The notes under the pieces were generated by a model. It was not told the DNA's origin, did no database searches, and saw nothing but the letters and a program-made list of their open reading frames with translations. From positions 2,144,001 to 2,208,000 of the forward strand of contig CBDBHB010000009.1 in the NCBI GenBank assembly GCA_965205505.1: DNA of 64,000 nt. The letters are read 5' to 3'. Position 1 is the stretch's first letter. Every line of letters starts with the position of its first letter. A program made the translations under genes and the position numbers. Source of the stretch: Acidobacteriota bacterium. Its GTDB lineage: Bacteria > Acidobacteriota > UBA890 > WLXD01. Shown in pieces: positions 60,862 through 64,000 of the stretch.

Positions 60862-61191
60862 CTAATAAAGCCAATCGCGCTGCGGCGCGATGGGGCTGGC
60901 GAGGTCGACGTGGCCGGTGAGCGTGTCGATGCCGTTGCCGTCGTCTAGAAACTGAACTGTGTGGATCTGTCGAAACGACGACATCAGCGTGCCGACGCCG
61001 CCGTACACGGCATAAAGCTCGGCCAAGCTGCCTTTCGACATCGCCAACGGCAACTCGGCCCCGAAGTCGACGTAGGCTACACTCGGGTTCGACACCCAAA
61101 CCTCGCGTACGGTCGTTCCGGGTGGCAGCGGCGAGTTCACCGTGGCGACCAGCCGCTCGATGACCATCTGTGTCTTGGCCGCGAGCGTCAT
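60862..61191 (-). pseudogene. GerMN-domain protein 3' fragment
   Basis: SPLPPGTTVREV..AYVDF..VQFL..TLTGHVDL. Confidence 0.75.
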
Positions 61192-61299
61192 TGGCGCCTC
61201 GGTCCGCTGCTTGATGAAACCGCGCGCAACCGGTAGCGCCGCGTTGCACCAGAATGCTGGTCGTCGTAGGGGTATATGTTGATGTGACGCTCGTCGAAT

Positions 61300-61408
61300 C
61301 GGCGCACCAGTAAGTGTTCCAGAGCGAGGTGCTCAGATTGTCGTCCATCGAGTTGACTTGGACGGCCTCTCGGGGCGCTTTCGCTCGGATGCGCTCGGAG
61401 AATCTCAT
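61300..61408 (-). pseudogene. AbiJ N-terminal-domain-like fragment
   Basis: MRFSERI..VQVNSMDDNLSTSLWN resembles the AbiJ-NTD4 start; similarity is then lost. Confidence 0.55.
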
Positions 61409-61550
61409 CCGGCCTCAGCACTGTAGACAGCGGACCAGCGCCGAAATGTTAGATGGATGTTAGATCGCTGAACGTTCAGCTTGGAACGTGAGTGTCGAGA
61501 TCCGGCCTTTTGTCGGTTGGATCTCCCTTGTACAGAGCAGCTTACAAGTA

Positions 61551-61607
61551 GTGCCCAAGGAGGGACTTGAACCCCCACGGGCCGAAGCCCGCTAGGTCCT
61601 GAACCTA
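61551..61607 (-). tRNA. 3' portion of tRNA-Leu(CAG), att-site duplication
   Basis: TAGG-TTCAGGA-CCTAG, variable arm CGGGC-TTCG-GCCCG, GGGGG-TTCAAGT-CCCTC, CTTGGGCA; 5' half absent. Confidence 0.85.
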
Positions 61608-61860
61608 AGGCCGGCTTCTCGTCGCGGACTTCGAGCAGATGCGTGGACGCGGCCACCGGTCTCGGCGGCGCACAGTTCCGGGGTAACTTCGGAACCGCCA
61701 TCGGCGTCGAGGAAGTGAAAGGAAAGATCGAGCGGCGTCGTGCCGCCGTCGTGAAAGACAAACGCCACCGGACCCTGAGCGCCGCCGAAGGGGCTAAGGT
61801 CCATCACCCGGCAGTGACGGCTCGAATGGAGTGGAACTCACCGGCACCACCTCAAGACCG

Positions 61861-62373
61861 TCAACTCGATGCTCCTGACCCTTCTGCCTCGGTACCGCTG
61901 TCCGCACCTGTTGCGCCGGCTGATTCGTTCCGGACAACGGCTGAGGCATCCTCATCGGAGCTGGGCGGCGGTGGCGCAGCCGTGTTCGGTTCGTCTTGTT
62001 CCTCACCGGGCAAGAAGTACTCTCCAGCGGAGTTCTTGCTCAACGTGCCCGACTTGGCCATTGCCCAAAGCTCCTGCCCGACACGCGCACCCGGCTTCGT
62101 CTTTCCTTTGAACTGATAGCCACGATCGCGCAGACTCCGCGTGACCTGCGCAGGCTTCAGCGCCCCAGCCTCCTTGAGTACCGCTCGGGCTGCATCACGA
62201 ACACCGAGTTGGCGCAGTCCGGCGTCCGGTGCGGTTTCTTGGTCCAGGATTAAGCGAAGGGCGTCCTGTCGTGTCTTGAGCCACTGCAGCCGTGCCTCAA
62301 GTTGAGCCATCTCATCCGCAACGTCTGCTTGTTCTGCTTGGAGTCCGTAACGAACTGCCTTGCTGATAGCCAT
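61861..62373 (-). CDS. Hypothetical coiled-coil + winged-helix-like protein
   Basis: Heptad-rich N-terminus, AVLKEAGALKPAQVTRSLRDRGY, acidic disordered tail. Confidence 0.6.
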   Translation of the reverse strand: MAISKAVRYGLQAEQADVADEMAQLEARLQWLKTRQDALRLILDQETAPDAGLRQLGVRDAARAVLKEAGALKPAQVTRSLRDRGYQFKGKTKPGARVGQELWAMAKSGTLSKNSAGEYFLPGEEQDEPNTAAPPPPSSDEDASAVVRNESAGATGADSGTEAEGSGASS

Positions 62374-62442
62374 TACCTTGTCTCTCGTCAGTAGGTTAGG
62401 GTTTCATTTGGGATTTCCTAGCTTAAGCTCTTATCGTGCTGC

Positions 62443-62730
62443 ATGAAGAGAGGCCAGCTGGTTCTGTGCCGCATGGCGGATGGGCGCGCCACATTGCTGC
62501 GTGTGCTGTCCGTGACCGATCAAACAGTGGAACTCACCACTGCTGCAGGGCCGCCCGCCTGGTACCGGCGCACAGAGGTGTTCCGGATGGATGGGGCACT
62601 CCTGGCGGCGCTGGTACGCGCCCGCGCTGCCGGCGACACCGAAGCCCTGGAGGCGCTATGGGACCAGGCAGTGCCCTGGGCACCTGGAGGAGCAGGACGG
62701 GTGAAGGGTACGGCACGGGCGCGCCGGTGA
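62443..62730 (+). CDS. Hypothetical 95-aa protein, copy 2
   Basis: Paralog of 53980-54267. Confidence 0.7.
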   Translation: MKRGQLVLCRMADGRATLLRVLSVTDQTVELTTAAGPPAWYRRTEVFRMDGALLAALVRARAAGDTEALEALWDQAVPWAPGGAGRVKGTARARR

Positions 62731-62960
62731 AGGTCGGCTCCCTGTGCTAGCGACCCGAAGATAGGGCAATCAGAGGCAGCGATGCGTGGTGTAGTTGCAG
62801 CCCCGGGTGCGATTGTGGCCTCGGCGCTCGGTGTGTTCAGGGCTCCCCAGAGGTCCGGAGAAGTTCGCTTCATTCCCAGATTTAATGGTGGGAATAGTGA
62901 GGTGATAGCCTACTAGAAGTTCCTGTAATGTATTGTGAACAAATACTTTAGTTGCATTAC

Positions 62961-64000
62961 TATGGCGTCGAGCTTCTGATCCTCGACAAGGATCTTGCGC
63001 AGGGCCTTGTGCGCCTTGCTCGATCCAAAGAGCACGCCGTCGGGCACGATCACGGCAGCGCGGCCGCCTGTCTGTAGCAGGCGCAGGAAGAGCACGAGGA
63101 AGAGTAGCTCGGTCTTCTTGGTCTTGACGATCTGCTGCAGGTCCTTCGCCGTGGACTCGTAGTCGAGGCTGCCGGCGAAGGGGGGATTGGCGAGGATCAG
63201 AGAGTACTTCTCTGCATCGTCCTCGTCAGACTCCGCGAGCGAGTCCCGGTAGCGGATGTCCGGGTTCTCCACGCCATGCAGCAGCATGTTCATGCTGCCG
63301 ATGCGCAGCATGGTGTTGTCGAAGTCGTAGCCGTGGAACGTGCCCTCGTTGAAGCGGCGACGGGCGGCGGTGTCCTTGTAGATCGTGTCGCTGTGGTGCT
63401 CGACGAGGTACTTGGAGGTAGCGATGAGGAAGCCCGCCGTGCCGCACGCCGGATCGCAGATCACGTCCTTCGGCGCGGGCGCGGTCATGTCCACCATCAG
63501 CCTGATGATGTGGCGCGGGGTGCGGAACTGCCGTTCTGCCCGGCGGTGGCGATCTTGCCGAGCATGTACTCGTACAGGTCGCCCTTGGTGTCGCTGTCGG
63601 CCATGCCAATGCCGTCGAGCTGGTCGACCACGTTGGCAAGCACCCGGGCCGTGGGCATCATGAAGAGGGCGTCCTTCATATGGTGGGTGTAGGTGCTGCC
63701 GCCCTCACCGTCGGTCCCTCCCCGTTGCCCGAGGGTCTTGATGAAGGGAAACACGCCGTCACGGACTGCCTCGAACATCTGCTCCGGGGCGGCCTCCTTG
63801 AAGCGCGACCAGCGGATCTTGTCGTGGCCGGCGGCGAAGATCGGCCTTTCGATGGGCTCGCCGATGCGGGCGGCCTTGGCTTCCTTGAGCGTCTGCAGCT
63901 CGTCGAGGCGCTTGATGAAGAGCAGGTAGGTGAGCTGCTCGATGACCGAGAGAGGGTTGGAGATGCCCCCGGACCACATCGTGTCCCAGATGCGGTCGAT
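62961..64000 (-). pseudogene. hsdM: Type I restriction-modification M subunit, frameshifted and 3'-truncated
   Basis: WSGGISNP, KGDLYEY, GQNG|FRTPRHII frameshift near 63532, DPACGTAGFL, NPPF; ends at KLDAIV against the att-like module. Confidence 0.92.

Overview
High-GC bacterial chromosome segment, probably Acidobacteriota (inferred from an ADOP permease N-terminus, a TPR+PD40 protein and an acidobacterial-type sensor kinase N-terminus). 1-4.2 kb: tRNA-Val-thrS-infC-rpmI-rplT-pheS operon on the minus strand. 4.2-11.5 kb: membrane protein, ParA, a membrane-interrupted PQQ-like beta-propeller, GST and an S9 peptidase. 11.7-27.8 kb: a co-directional methylated-amine catabolic cluster (soxBDAG/mgdABCD-like, gmaS, mgsABC, an unknown 138-aa protein, a non-canonical acyl-CoA-dehydrogenase-fold flavoprotein overlapping TMAO demethylase, a second DAO-family flavoprotein, and an IS-truncated amt). 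No tmm or dmmABC is visible in the cluster, which makes it the best candidate here for an undescribed pathway variant. 27.8-35.1 kb: decayed accessory block (IS3, kinase pseudogene, TPR/PD40 protein, di-heme peroxidase, frameshifted collagen/S74 fibre, duplicated ~100-bp promoter region). 35.1-42.5 kb: ordinary genes. 42.5-64 kb: a decaying genomic island with a P4-like integrase-AlpA-helicase satellite core and iterons, nested IS3/IS21/IS630 elements, duplicated att-like end modules that stop at ATGGCG next to unrelated genes, tRNA-Pro and tRNA-Leu att relics and a broken hsdM. An IS630-type MITE family and a transposase with matching ends are both present. All family assignments are by motif recognition; no database searches were run.
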